A stretch of 64,000 bases of DNA from Candidatus Aminicenantes bacterium (GCA_030669305.1 DAOVDU010000001.1:14812-78811), one strand, 5' to 3'; shown: positions 49,888 through 60,171, numbered from the stretch's first letter. Translations and numbers: made by a program. The notes: generated by a model from the sequence alone, not told the origin.

Positions 49888-50505
49888 ATGATAAAAATAA
49901 ACTTATTAAAACCGGGAAAAAAAGAGATTAAAGAGGGGCCAACCCCTTTGGCCCCGGAATTTAAAGAAAAGAAAAAACAACCCCTATACAGCCTGATCAT
50001 CCTCGTTGTAATTATTGCTATTGCAGCTCTTTTCTTTTTTCAGAAATCATCTTTCAATAAAGAACAAAACCTTTTAAGAACTGCCCAGGAAGAAAAAAAG
50101 GAGCTGGAGTATGTTGAAGTTAAGTTAGCCCAATTGGAACAGCAAAGGGATCTTATTAACAGAAAAATCAGCCTCATCAGACGGCTACAATCGCATCAAG
50201 AAATTGCCGTTAGAATAATCGATGAACTAAGCAAGAATATTCCAGGCTGGGTCTGGCTAACCGAAACAACTTATGAGAACTATCTTTTGAAGATAAATGG
50301 TCAAGCACTATCCAATAATCTCATCGCAGACTACATCTTCAACTTGAACAAAAGTCCCTACTTCCGCAACGTTAGCCTTATTTCCTCAACTCAAAGTTCC
50401 TCAAGAACTAATAAGTATTTAGAATTTTCCCTAACAGCAAAATATGTTCTTCCTCCTGCGATTATGTCCCCAACAGGAGAAGCTGAAAAAAGGGAGGAAA
50501 AATGA
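49888..50505 (+). CDS. pilN: type IV pilus assembly protein PilN
   Basis: N-terminal KINLLKP motif, single TM and coiled coil. Confidence 0.75.
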   Translation: MIKINLLKPGKKEIKEGPTPLAPEFKEKKKQPLYSLIILVVIIAIAALFFFQKSSFNKEQNLLRTAQEEKKELEYVEVKLAQLEQQRDLINRKISLIRRLQSHQEIAVRIIDELSKNIPGWVWLTETTYENYLLKINGQALSNNLIADYIFNLNKSPYFRNVSLISSTQSSSRTNKYLEFSLTAKYVLPPAIMSPTGEAEKREEK

Positions 50506-51086
50506 GAGATTGGCCTTGGTATGGTTATGTTCTAATAGCAATTATTATTTTTGGGATTTTCTTTCTATTTTACTTCAGACCCAAAAATGAAGAACTTAAA
50601 GAGCTCAGAGAAGAAAGAATAATAGTTGAAAAAGATGTAGTAAGGCTGCAAGCAAAAAAAGATCAGCTGGATATAATAGAAGAAGAACTAAAACTCATGA
50701 GCGCAACCCTTAATGAATTAGAGGCCATCATGCCTCAAAAGGAAGAAATTGACGTTATTTTAAGACAAATCCAACAGCTCGCAAATGACACCCGACTAAA
50801 TATTACAAAATTCGTCCCAAAAGGGGAAATTGCCAAAGATTTTTATGCAGAAAAACCAATTTCAATAGAAATAACCGGAAATTATCATAACTTAGGAATA
50901 TTCTTTGATCGACTGAGCAATTTTTCGCGTCTTTTCAATATTGAGGATTTTTCAATAAAATCCCTTCGCTTACAATCTGAAGCCTCCACCATTTCAGCTA
51001 AATTGACAGCCAAAACTTATATTTCTCCTGAAGCACAGCCAGATCAAGAAGAAAGTGGAAAAAACATAGGAGAGGAGAAAAAATGA
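50502..51086 (+). CDS. pilO: type IV pilus assembly protein PilO
   Basis: Single TM, coiled coil and C-terminal PilO-like domain. Operon position, with a 4-nt overlap. Confidence 0.7.
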   Translation: MRDWPWYGYVLIAIIIFGIFFLFYFRPKNEELKELREERIIVEKDVVRLQAKKDQLDIIEEELKLMSATLNELEAIMPQKEEIDVILRQIQQLANDTRLNITKFVPKGEIAKDFYAEKPISIEITGNYHNLGIFFDRLSNFSRLFNIEDFSIKSLRLQSEASTISAKLTAKTYISPEAQPDQEESGKNIGEEKK

Positions 51087-51544
51087 GGAAAATAATCACG
51101 GTTTTTCTTTTTGTAAGCCTTCTCTGCTTAAGTTTTCACCCTCTTTCTGCTCAGGAAGTGAAAAAGAAAGCAGAAATGCAAAAAGGCACTGATGTATTAA
51201 AAAAGGAATCCTTTTCCTACAACCCGGCTGGAAGAAGAGATCCCTTTAAAAATCTACTCGTGGGGCAAGAAGTTAAGGATAAAACTTTGGCTGGAGGGAT
51301 TTCGCAAATCTCAATCAACGATGTCATTCTTATCGGTATTGCTAAGGCAAAAGGAAAATTGACTGCCATCATAAATGGTCCACAGGGATTCCCTTTCTAT
51401 CTTAAAATAGGAGATAGACTTCTTGATGGTTTCGTTCTTTCTATAAAAGATTCTAAAGTTATTTTCCGTAAGACAAAAGAAAGAGGCACGCCCCTATATA
51501 AATCGAAAGACATTGTCAAAGAAATAAATCCAGAGGAGCGATAA
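51083..51544 (+). CDS. pilP: type IV pilus assembly protein PilP-like
   Basis: Signal peptide and about 150 aa. Position between pilO and the secretin, with a 4-nt overlap. Confidence 0.55.
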   Translation: MRKIITVFLFVSLLCLSFHPLSAQEVKKKAEMQKGTDVLKKESFSYNPAGRRDPFKNLLVGQEVKDKTLAGGISQISINDVILIGIAKAKGKLTAIINGPQGFPFYLKIGDRLLDGFVLSIKDSKVIFRKTKERGTPLYKSKDIVKEINPEER

Positions 51545-51545
51545 T

Positions 51546-53906
51546 ATGAAAACGAAAAAATATTTGCAAGCACTCTCTCTATTATGCATCCTTCTTCTCA
51601 CGAGTGGATTTGCAAGCAACAATGAATCCTCAACTAACATAAATAATATATCTATCGAGCCTGGGAAACTCAATACAAAGATAATTCTAGAAGCAAGCTC
51701 TTCTCTTTCTATCTTTAATTCACACTACTCCAAGAAATTTCCTTCAACAATTGTCATTGATCTAGACAATGTAAAAACGATTCAGGAACCACAATTCATA
51801 CCAAATGAATCTACACTGATTAATAGAATAAAGATAGAAAAAATAGATATGGACAAGGCTCGCCTCCTCATCGACCTTAAGGAAAGAGTGCCTTATCGAA
51901 TCATTTCAGACAAAGAAAGCACAATAATTGAGTTAAATGAAATCCAGAAATCTCCAGGAGATTACACTCTTAATCCTGAAATAAAAAAAGAGCTAGAAAA
52001 AAGCACAAAGACCAACATTCATTTAAAAGGAATTAATGTCTCAGAGAATAAAGATAGGATTGATATCACTGCCAGGCTTAGCGATGAGGCTATCTCTCAA
52101 ATATTTGTTCTTGACAATCCGCTACGTCTTGTAGTCGATCTTTTCGATACATTATATTCCAAGCCAATATCAGTCTATCCAGTAAATAAGCTGGGAATAA
52201 AAAAAGTGAGAATAGCTCAGTTCCAAGTTTCAAACCCTTACACTATTACACGAATAGTCTTTGACATCACAGAACCCAAATTCTATACCATAGACTCAAG
52301 CATGGAAAAGATGGTCTTTTCTTTCTATAAGGAAACAGCTGCTCAATCAGTCCCTGTAATAGGCACTTCTGTTCCAACGGACGTCAAACCGAATTTTAAT
52401 GAGCAATATATCCCTCAAAAGCTGGAACAACCTGTAATAAAAAAAGTTAAACCTAATATAAAAGAAAAACCAGCACAAGAGAAAAAGAATCAAACTACAC
52501 AAGAAAAAATCGAGCCTGAAAAAACAACAGAAAACAAAAACATTGATCCTCCAAAACCCATTCAGTCAAACAAAAATGTGGTTTCTCCAAACGGAAACAG
52601 AACCCAGGAGGATCAGTTCAAGCCAAAAACCATAGCTGAGGCTGAAGAAAAATATTCAGGTGATTTAATCAGTCTAAGATTTAAAGATGCTGATTTGAGG
52701 GATGTTATTCTTTATATAGGAGACCATGCCGGATTAAATGTTGTTTTTGACCCTGATGTAAGAGGAGTTGTAACCTGTAACCTCGAGGATGTGCCTTGGG
52801 ATCAAGCTCTTGATGTTCTTATCAAAAATAACAAGATGGGTAAAACCATAGAAGGAAACATACTCCGGATTGCACCTATCAATGTTCTTATGAGGGAGCA
52901 GGATGATCAGCGAAGATTAGAGGAGAGTAAAGAATTAGCAGGGCCTATCCTGGTAAAAACTTTTACTCTATCCTATTCTAAAGCTGGAGACGTTCACGGG
53001 CTTTTGCGTTCTAAAATATCAGAAAGAGGTGAAATCATCGTTGACGGGCGAACTAACACATTAATAATATCTGATGTAAAAGATAGAATTGACCTTTTAG
53101 AGAAACTCATAGTTGTATTTGACACTCCAACTCCTCAAGTTTCTATAGAAGCCCGGATTGTGGAAGCAACATCCACATTTATCCGCAATCTCGGAGTCCA
53201 ATGGGGATTTAGAGGTATATCAGATCCTTTTTACGGCAACCAGACCTCCCTTCAATTCCCGCATACAGCAATAATTGACGGAGCACTCATTCCTCAAGGA
53301 ATCATAACAAAGGGTATCGGAGGGCCTTTAGGCGGTTATGCTGTCAATCTTCCTGCCCCTGCATTTACCACGGCCCTGGGTATCTCCTTCAGTAATGTAT
53401 TAGATACCTTCAGGATAGACATGGCTATTTCTGCTCTTGAGACTTCAGGAGACGGTCGAATCATCTCTAGTCCCACTGTTACTACTCAGAACAACCAAGA
53501 GGCAGAAATCATACAGGGCAGGCAAATTCCTGTTCAGACCGTAGCAAATTTTACCGTAACCACAAGATATGTTAATGCCGCCTTAGAACTCAGAGCTACC
53601 CCTCAGATTACTGCCGAGGGGACAATTATCATGCATATTGAAATACAGAACAATGCAGCCGACTTCGCCAACCTTGTCAACGGCATTCCTCCTATAACTA
53701 CTCAGAGCGCCACGACTACAGTCATGATTCCTGATGGAGGAACTACCGTAATCGGAGGAATATATAGAACCGAAGATTCTATAACTCGAGAAGGAGTTCC
53801 ATTTCTCCATAAAATACCTATTCTGGGAAACCTTTTCAAATCCTTCGCTCGAACAAAGCAGACTCGAGAACTGCTAATATTTATTACTCCCAGAATAATC
53901 AAATAA
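51546..53906 (+). CDS. pilQ: type IV pilus secretin PilQ (two AMIN domains, low-complexity linker, N0 and secretin domains)
   Basis: C-terminal secretin block GGIYRTEDSITREGVPFLHKIPILGNLFKSFARTKQTRELLIFITPRII. Two AMIN-like repeats in the N-terminal third. Confidence 0.85.
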   Translation: MKTKKYLQALSLLCILLLTSGFASNNESSTNINNISIEPGKLNTKIILEASSSLSIFNSHYSKKFPSTIVIDLDNVKTIQEPQFIPNESTLINRIKIEKIDMDKARLLIDLKERVPYRIISDKESTIIELNEIQKSPGDYTLNPEIKKELEKSTKTNIHLKGINVSENKDRIDITARLSDEAISQIFVLDNPLRLVVDLFDTLYSKPISVYPVNKLGIKKVRIAQFQVSNPYTITRIVFDITEPKFYTIDSSMEKMVFSFYKETAAQSVPVIGTSVPTDVKPNFNEQYIPQKLEQPVIKKVKPNIKEKPAQEKKNQTTQEKIEPEKTTENKNIDPPKPIQSNKNVVSPNGNRTQEDQFKPKTIAEAEEKYSGDLISLRFKDADLRDVILYIGDHAGLNVVFDPDVRGVVTCNLEDVPWDQALDVLIKNNKMGKTIEGNILRIAPINVLMREQDDQRRLEESKELAGPILVKTFTLSYSKAGDVHGLLRSKISERGEIIVDGRTNTLIISDVKDRIDLLEKLIVVFDTPTPQVSIEARIVEATSTFIRNLGVQWGFRGISDPFYGNQTSLQFPHTAIIDGALIPQGIITKGIGGPLGGYAVNLPAPAFTTALGISFSNVLDTFRIDMAISALETSGDGRIISSPTVTTQNNQEAEIIQGRQIPVQTVANFTVTTRYVNAALELRATPQITAEGTIIMHIEIQNNAADFANLVNGIPPITTQSATTTVMIPDGGTTVIGGIYRTEDSITREGVPFLHKIPILGNLFKSFARTKQTRELLIFITPRIIK

Positions 53907-53918
53907 GAGGATGAAAAA

Positions 53919-54521
53919 ATGAGAAAAAGGAAAAGTGTAAAAATTATGGCAATCATTCCGGTAATTCTCTTCCTTATCTCCTGTAACCCTATAGTAAACG
54001 ATTCTACATCAGACAGTAGGCTTATTATCACAAGCATGACCGGCTTTGATATGGAAGAGAATGAAGTGAATTTTATTCAATCAGACGTTCTTTATGAGAA
54101 TCCTGATACTGGAGAGACATCTATCAGCAGTGACCCAGGCAAGGCTACTTTTTCAGCAGAGCTTTTGAATCCAGCACCCATATTTGACCCATCGCACTAT
54201 AACAGCATAACCGTGACCAAGTATACTGTGTCTTTTTCTCGATCTGATGGAAAAAACACCGAAGGAGTAGATGTTCCCTATTCTTTTTCAGGCTCTCTTT
54301 CAGCTTTAGTAGAAATTGGTTCCACGACTGAAGTTGTATTTGTCGTAGTGAGAGAAGTAGCGAAGATGGAGCCTCCTTTGTTTAGTCTGAGAGAATGCCG
54401 AGGAGATGGGGTCATTCAGGCAACAGCCAAAATTGAATTTTACGGACATGATATAACTAACCATAATGTCAAATCCACAGGCTATCTGACTGTTTTCTTT
54501 GCCAACTATGTCAATGAATGA
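53919..54521 (+). CDS. lipoprotein of unknown function (lipobox LISC)
   Basis: Signal peptide plus lipobox. No recognised domain. Translationally adjacent to pilQ. Confidence 0.45.
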   Translation: MRKRKSVKIMAIIPVILFLISCNPIVNDSTSDSRLIITSMTGFDMEENEVNFIQSDVLYENPDTGETSISSDPGKATFSAELLNPAPIFDPSHYNSITVTKYTVSFSRSDGKNTEGVDVPYSFSGSLSALVEIGSTTEVVFVVVREVAKMEPPLFSLRECRGDGVIQATAKIEFYGHDITNHNVKSTGYLTVFFANYVNE

Positions 54522-55361
54522 GTGAGGATTGGAAAAATGAAAAATAAAAGAAATATTATCATAGTCTTTTCCCTGGCTTTAATTCTATCGTTCCTCCCTT
54601 CATGCAGAAACGCAGTAGAAGAACCTGCGCCTTTCGGACCTTCCAGCCTTTCGATTCTTCTTCATACCTCCGCCAATCCCAATGTGTTATTTGCCGGCTC
54701 TACACCCGAAGTAACAACCATAACGGCCAGTTTGAAGAAATTTGACGGAACCCCTTTATCCAACATAAGCATCCATTTTGAAGTCACACCTAACCTTGGC
54801 CATTTCGAAGGCAACCTATCGGTCAAAACAAAAACAACAGACTCAAGCGGCCTTGCCTCACTAAGTTACTACGGCCCTACTGCTCAAGATTTAACTGCTA
54901 ACCAAACTCTCTACATTTATGCTTATGCCGGCTGGGAAGGCAAGGAAATTATCGCGGAATTGACTCCTGTTTATATTGTTCGAGATAAATACGATCTCGA
55001 TCTTGTCTTCGAACTGATGGCCGATCCGAATGTGTTATGGTGCACTTCAGAAAGACCTGAATCTGTAATATTAGGAATTTTCACATTTGAGGACGGAATC
55101 CCTGTTGTAGGAAGAAAGGTCTTCTTTACAATTCTATCAGGACCAGGTGAATTTTCTGACGGCAAAACAAAAACCTATGTTGTGACTGATGAAGAAGGAG
55201 TAGCCACTATAACCTACATCGGACCCACAAATGACGAAATAGACTACGACCAGTTTGTCACAATCCGAGGGCAGCCAGAAACGTATTGGGCTGACCCTGA
55301 CAATAACAAATACTACTTGCACAAAGAAATGGAAATCCGCCTCATAAAAGGAACTGATTAA
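54522..55361 (+). CDS. lipoprotein with two tandem bacterial Ig-like (Big_1-like) repeats
   Basis: Lipobox LPSC. Internal repeat NVLFAGSTPEVTTITASL...DSSGLASLSYYGPT and NVLWCTSERPESVILGIF...DEEGVATITYIGPT. Confidence 0.5.
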   Translation: MRIGKMKNKRNIIIVFSLALILSFLPSCRNAVEEPAPFGPSSLSILLHTSANPNVLFAGSTPEVTTITASLKKFDGTPLSNISIHFEVTPNLGHFEGNLSVKTKTTDSSGLASLSYYGPTAQDLTANQTLYIYAYAGWEGKEIIAELTPVYIVRDKYDLDLVFELMADPNVLWCTSERPESVILGIFTFEDGIPVVGRKVFFTILSGPGEFSDGKTKTYVVTDEEGVATITYIGPTNDEIDYDQFVTIRGQPETYWADPDNNKYYLHKEMEIRLIKGTD

Positions 55362-55494
55362 CAGACAAACTGACTAACTGTCTAACTGACTAACTGATTA
55401 AACTGACTAACTAATTAACTGACTAACTGATTAAACTGACTAACTGATTAACAGACTAACCGTCTAACTGATTAACAGACAAACTGACTAACAG
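55354..55494. repeat. octamer array (about 17 units, single orientation) between the convergent pil-lipoprotein operon and priA
   Basis: Read directly. Confidence 0.8.
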
Positions 55495-55496
55495 AA

Positions 55497-57647
55497 TTAT
55501 TCATAAATAACAATCGATTTTCTTCCCTTGATTTGCTTGAGGGATTTTTTCAGGACCTCATCGAGGCTCCTCTTCCTCCTGGATTTCATTATAACCTGAA
55601 TCCTGTATTTTCCTCTAACCCTTGTCACCGATGCCAAAGCAGGACCCAATATCTCAACATTATCAGCCTGGCTCTTCACCTGTAAAGAAAATGCTCTGGA
55701 TTCCTTAGCTAAAGTTCTTAAATTATTTCCCAGGAACAGCACTTCAGCCATATGCGAAAATGGGGGATAGTTCATGATGCGGCGGTATTTAATTTCTTTA
55801 TTAAAAAAGCAGATGTATTCCCCAAAGGCAGCCTGCTGAATACTGAAGTGGTGAGGAAGAGCCGTCTGGACAAGGAATTCAGACTCTTCATCATCCCGGA
55901 CAAATTTCCTCATCTGGTGCAGGCTTTGAAAAGTTTTTTGGCTTGCTCTAAAATCAGAGAGAGTAAGAATTGTTTCTGGACAAAGAACAACAACCAAAGA
56001 TACAGGAGTTAAACCAGCTTGATGAACTAATAGCCGGGTCCCAAGAAGAAGATCAATTTTCCCTTTCTTAAAATGCAAAAGGATTCTTTCCCTCTCTTTT
56101 TTGCTCTTTATAACATCTGTATCAAAACACACAATCTTGCTTTGAGGAAATTTCTTTTTCAATTCCTCCTCAACGGCTTCGATACCGAAGCCTTTTTTTC
56201 TGATAATCCTGCTCCCACACTCAGGGCATTCATTCTTCTTAGGCAGAGAATAATTACAATAATGACAAACTAATCTTTCTTCTCTTTTATGATAGGTCAA
56301 GGCAATATCGCAATGAATGCAGCGAGGGATGTAGCTGCATCTCGAGCAGATGAGAAAAGGGGCATATCCGCGCCTGTTAATAAAAACTAGAATAGGCTGT
56401 TTCTTTTTTAATCTTTCTCCAATTTTTTTCTCAAGTATTTCGGAGATCACACCTCTTTCCCGCTTATCATCAACGATTTTGACTTTCCTTCCTTTTATCC
56501 CCTCGTCTAAACTCAACAAATAGCCATTCTTTTTAGCTTTGTAAAAAGCCTCAACAGAGGGAACAGCAGAACCATAGACCAAAACTGAAGCTTCTTGTTT
56601 TGCTCTTATCCACGCTCCTTTTCTGGCATCATAGGAAGGGCTCTCCCGTTGATAATAAGAGTCATCCTGTTCTTCATCCACAATAACCAACCCCAAATTC
56701 TCAAGCGGTGAAAAGAGACAAGAACGGGGCCCTACAACCACATCTACTTTCCCATCTTTTATCTTTTGCCATTCAAGTTCCTTCTTTCTTTCTGATAATT
56801 GGCTGTGGAGAAGAACGGCGTTCCCTCCCAATTTCTTCTCAAACTTTTCTAAAAGAGTTTTGGTCAAGGAAATTTCAGGGACAAGAAATAATACCCTCCT
56901 CCGCAGAGATAAAGCTTTTCTAATCAAACTGAAGTAAACCGCCTCTCTCTTCTCTTGGGAACCATAAAGAAAATAGGGCGAAAAAATCTTCTTGCCTGCC
57001 TTTCCAGCGATAAGGTGAACAGCCTGGAAAGATTTCTCATCCAAGGAAAAATCTATTTCAAGCTGAGTTGGCCCAGCAGGAACCGCCATCTCCTTTTTTC
57101 GATTTGCCTTTTTAACTTCTCTCTTGATCTGTATCAACCCTTTATTCTCCAGTCGAGAAAGCATATAAGACAAATTTTTTTCTTTGAATCTTCTTCTCAG
57201 GAAAATGTCACTGTATGGCCTTTTTTGCAGGAATTCCAAAATACTTCTCTCCCCTTGTGACATAGCTCCATTCTGGATGGCAACTTTCCCTTTCTCAGAG
57301 AGAGATATCCTCGCTTTGCTCTTAAGAACAAAAGAAGAGGGAAGCGAGGCCTGGAGAAGCTCCCCCCAGGCTGAATAATAAAACCTGCTAAGATTTCGGG
57401 TGAAAGCGAGAAAACTCGAGGAAAAAACTGGCTCTTTTTCCAGCACTTCCAAAATCTCCTTGAGTTTAAAGTCCTGAGCTAACCTCCTTTTTTTTAGACC
57501 AATAATAAAGCCAGTAAGTTTCCTTTGACGGAAGGGAACAAGTACTCTCGACCCGATTTTTGCTTCTTCAGAATATGCTTCTGGGATTATATAAAAAAAA
57601 GATAAATCAATAGGAAGAGAAAGGATGATTTCAGCATATAAGGTCAT
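55497..57647 (-). CDS. priA: primosomal protein N' (PriA helicase)
   Basis: 3'-DNA-binding N-terminus. Helicase core. Cys-rich zinc-binding region CSRCSYIPRCIHCD...CHYCNY...CPECGS. Confidence 0.9.
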   Translation of the reverse strand: MTLYAEIILSLPIDLSFFYIIPEAYSEEAKIGSRVLVPFRQRKLTGFIIGLKKRRLAQDFKLKEILEVLEKEPVFSSSFLAFTRNLSRFYYSAWGELLQASLPSSFVLKSKARISLSEKGKVAIQNGAMSQGERSILEFLQKRPYSDIFLRRRFKEKNLSYMLSRLENKGLIQIKREVKKANRKKEMAVPAGPTQLEIDFSLDEKSFQAVHLIAGKAGKKIFSPYFLYGSQEKREAVYFSLIRKALSLRRRVLFLVPEISLTKTLLEKFEKKLGGNAVLLHSQLSERKKELEWQKIKDGKVDVVVGPRSCLFSPLENLGLVIVDEEQDDSYYQRESPSYDARKGAWIRAKQEASVLVYGSAVPSVEAFYKAKKNGYLLSLDEGIKGRKVKIVDDKRERGVISEILEKKIGERLKKKQPILVFINRRGYAPFLICSRCSYIPRCIHCDIALTYHKREERLVCHYCNYSLPKKNECPECGSRIIRKKGFGIEAVEEELKKKFPQSKIVCFDTDVIKSKKERERILLHFKKGKIDLLLGTRLLVHQAGLTPVSLVVVLCPETILTLSDFRASQKTFQSLHQMRKFVRDDEESEFLVQTALPHHFSIQQAAFGEYICFFNKEIKYRRIMNYPPFSHMAEVLFLGNNLRTLAKESRAFSLQVKSQADNVEILGPALASVTRVRGKYRIQVIMKSRRKRSLDEVLKKSLKQIKGRKSIVIYE

Positions 57648-58291
57648 TTTTTGCCCAGGAAGGCCATCACTTTTTTCATGTCCTCCCAGACCATTCTTCG
57701 AATTTTCTTGTTGCCCTCATTTCTAATAAGATAAGAAGGATGAAAGGTCGGCATCACATTAATCTGATCAAATTTATAAAAGTCCCCCCGTAAAGCAGTC
57801 ATTCCCAGCTTGTTTGGAATAAAAAAATCAGCAGCCACTTTCCCCAAGGTAACAATGACTCTGGGGTTAATCATCTTGATTTGCTCAAAGAGATATCCTT
57901 TACACTTTTCAATTTCCTCCCTATTAGGAGTTCGGTTATTAGGCGGCCTGCACTTGATAATATTAGTGATATAAACTTCTTCTCTTTGAAAGTGCATGGC
58001 ATTTATTATTTTTGTAAGAAGCTGCCCTGCTTTCCCTATAAAAGGTCTCCCTTGTATATCTTCATCATGGCCAGGGGCTTCCCCGACAAATAGAAGTTCT
58101 GTTTTCTGATTCCCCTCTCCCGGCACAGCATTCTTTCTGCTCTGCGCCAGGGGGCACTTTTCACAGTGAAGGATACGTTCTTGAAGAGAAACAAAATGAG
58201 ACTTTTTTATTATGAACTCAGCCCCAATCAGTGAAAAAAATTTTAATTCCTCCTCAAGATCAAAAAGGAGTTTTTCAGCCGCTTTTCCCAA
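57644..58291 (-). CDS. udg: uracil-DNA glycosylase, family 4 (Fe-S)
   Basis: GEAPGHDEDIQGRPFIGKAGQLL motif and the HCEKCPLAQ Cys cluster. Confidence 0.85.
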   Translation of the reverse strand: MGKAAEKLLFDLEEELKFFSLIGAEFIIKKSHFVSLQERILHCEKCPLAQSRKNAVPGEGNQKTELLFVGEAPGHDEDIQGRPFIGKAGQLLTKIINAMHFQREEVYITNIIKCRPPNNRTPNREEIEKCKGYLFEQIKMINPRVIVTLGKVAADFFIPNKLGMTALRGDFYKFDQINVMPTFHPSYLIRNEGNKKIRRMVWEDMKKVMAFLGKK

Positions 58292-59483
58292 TTATCTCCT
58301 CCACTTCATCTAGTATTATCTTGCTTATCTCAAGTTTGCTTTTCTTCCCCGTTTTAATCATCCTTCCATCAGGGTGAATTATGCTTACCTGATTAAAATC
58401 TGATTCAAATCCCACGCCTTCTACAGATACATCATTGGCTACGATTAGATCAAGATTCTTCTCTTTTAATTTTTTGAGAGCATTGTGTATAACATTTTCT
58501 GTCTCGGCTGCAAACCCGACCAGGATCTTTTTGCCTTTTTTGTGGCTGATTTTATCCAAAACATCTTGAGTCCGAATAAGATCTACTTTTCCCGACGACT
58601 CTCGCTTTTTAATTTTCTGGAATGATACCTCGGCAAACTTGAAATCAGAGACAGCAGCAGCCATAATGACAATATCAGCCTTCTCAAAGTGTTTCAAAAT
58701 CTCCTCTTCCATTTCCTGGGCAGTCTGAATCTCTCTGAACTTGGTTTCTCTTGGTGGCTGAATATTAGTAGGGCCAGAAATTAGGATGACATCCGCCTCA
58801 CGTCTCTGAGCCTCCTCTGCAAGCTCATAGCCCATCTTGCCTGAAGATCGGTTAGTTAGAAAGCGGACAGAATCCATGAATTCCCGGGTCGGACCCGCTG
58901 ATACAAGAATTGTTTTTCCCCTTAAGCTATGGCTCTTATCTATCAACTTCAGCCCTTCTTCAACAATTTTCTCAGGGGCAGCAAGTCTTCCCCATCCTTC
59001 TTCTCGACAAGCCAAATAGCCCTTTTCTGGCTCAATAAACTTCACTCCTAGGGACTTAAGTTTTTTGATATTCTGCTGGGTTTGTCTGTGAAAATACATG
59101 GATTCATTCATGGCAGGAGCTATGATTACTGGACATTTGACAGCCATATAAAAAGTCGATAAAAAATCATCCGCTATGCCAGAGGCAAATTTTCCGATCA
59201 TATTGGCTGTGGCTGGAGCAACAAGAAAGAGAGATATTTCTTTGGCTAGAGCTACATGAGAAATCTCTTCAGAAAATTCATCACTAAAAGGATCTATGAA
59301 AATCTTATGACCAGAAAGAGCACTAAAAAGCAGAGGAGAAACCAATTGGGCAGCATTTTTTGTCATAATAACCTGAATTTGAAACTTTTTCTTCTGGAAG
59401 TTACGGATAATTTCACAAGATTTGTAAATACTGATTGATGAGCATATCCCCAAAGCGATTTTTTCCATTTCAGCCTCTTTCAT
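58275..59483 (-). CDS. coaBC: bifunctional phosphopantothenoylcysteine decarboxylase / phosphopantothenate-cysteine ligase
   Basis: N-terminal flavoprotein domain and C-terminal CoaB domain. 402 aa. Confidence 0.9.
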   Translation of the reverse strand: MKEAEMEKIALGICSSISIYKSCEIIRNFQKKKFQIQVIMTKNAAQLVSPLLFSALSGHKIFIDPFSDEFSEEISHVALAKEISLFLVAPATANMIGKFASGIADDFLSTFYMAVKCPVIIAPAMNESMYFHRQTQQNIKKLKSLGVKFIEPEKGYLACREEGWGRLAAPEKIVEEGLKLIDKSHSLRGKTILVSAGPTREFMDSVRFLTNRSSGKMGYELAEEAQRREADVILISGPTNIQPPRETKFREIQTAQEMEEEILKHFEKADIVIMAAAVSDFKFAEVSFQKIKKRESSGKVDLIRTQDVLDKISHKKGKKILVGFAAETENVIHNALKKLKEKNLDLIVANDVSVEGVGFESDFNQVSIIHPDGRMIKTGKKSKLEISKIILDEVEEIIGKSG

Positions 59484-60085
59484 ACTTCTTCAGAAAAACT
59501 TCGAAGGATAAGCATAATTTCCTTCTTGCAAGGATCGAAGCGGCATCTCGTGCTCAAAATGATTGATTTCAGCTCCTCCACAGCTTTTTCAAGCAGGTCA
59601 TTGATAATAATATAATCAAAATGATGATAATGCCTGATTTCTTTTTTTGCCACATCAAGCCTTTCATTAATCGATTCAGGGCTCTCTTCGCCTCTTTTTT
59701 CCAGTCTTTTTTTCAGCTCCAAATATAATGGAGGCATGATAAAGATGAAGATAGTTTTTTTTAGCTTCTCTTTTATTTGATGCGCGCCCTGGACATCAAT
59801 ATCCAAAAGAATATCTCCTTTTGTTGCCTTCTTCTCTAGCTCTCTTTTGGAAGTACCATAATAGTTACCATGAACAACAGCCCACTCAACCAGCTTCATA
59901 TCTTCAATCATCCTCTTAAATTCGCCTTCTGATACAAAATAATAATCCTTTCCCTCTTCCTCGGAATTTCTCTTTTTTCGGGTTGTATAAGAGACAGAAA
60001 AATCGATATTATCCAGTTCTTCCAGAACCCGACCAGCAAGCGTAGACTTCCCGCATCCTGATGGACCAGTGATAATAAAAAGCAT
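59480..60085 (-). CDS. gmk: guanylate kinase
   Basis: P-loop ITGPSGCGKSTL and a YYFVS-like NMP-binding region. Confidence 0.9.
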   Translation of the reverse strand: MLFIITGPSGCGKSTLAGRVLEELDNIDFSVSYTTRKKRNSEEEGKDYYFVSEGEFKRMIEDMKLVEWAVVHGNYYGTSKRELEKKATKGDILLDIDVQGAHQIKEKLKKTIFIFIMPPLYLELKKRLEKRGEESPESINERLDVAKKEIRHYHHFDYIIINDLLEKAVEELKSIILSTRCRFDPCKKEIMLILRSFSEEV

Positions 60086-60171
60086 CTTTTTTCCTAGTTT
60101 CCTATATTATCATAATATCAATTTTTCCAATTTATGTTAATAAGAGGATAATATAATAGAAGGGTAGAAAG

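Noticed and set aside
26307-55494. I considered whether the octamer arrays or the 44-bp tandem repeat at 16396-16550 are CRISPR arrays.
   Set aside because: The units are 8 bp or 44 bp and directly abut one another with no unique spacers. There is no leader, and no cas genes are nearby. The Cas4-like domain at 39499 is part of a helicase, not a cas operon.
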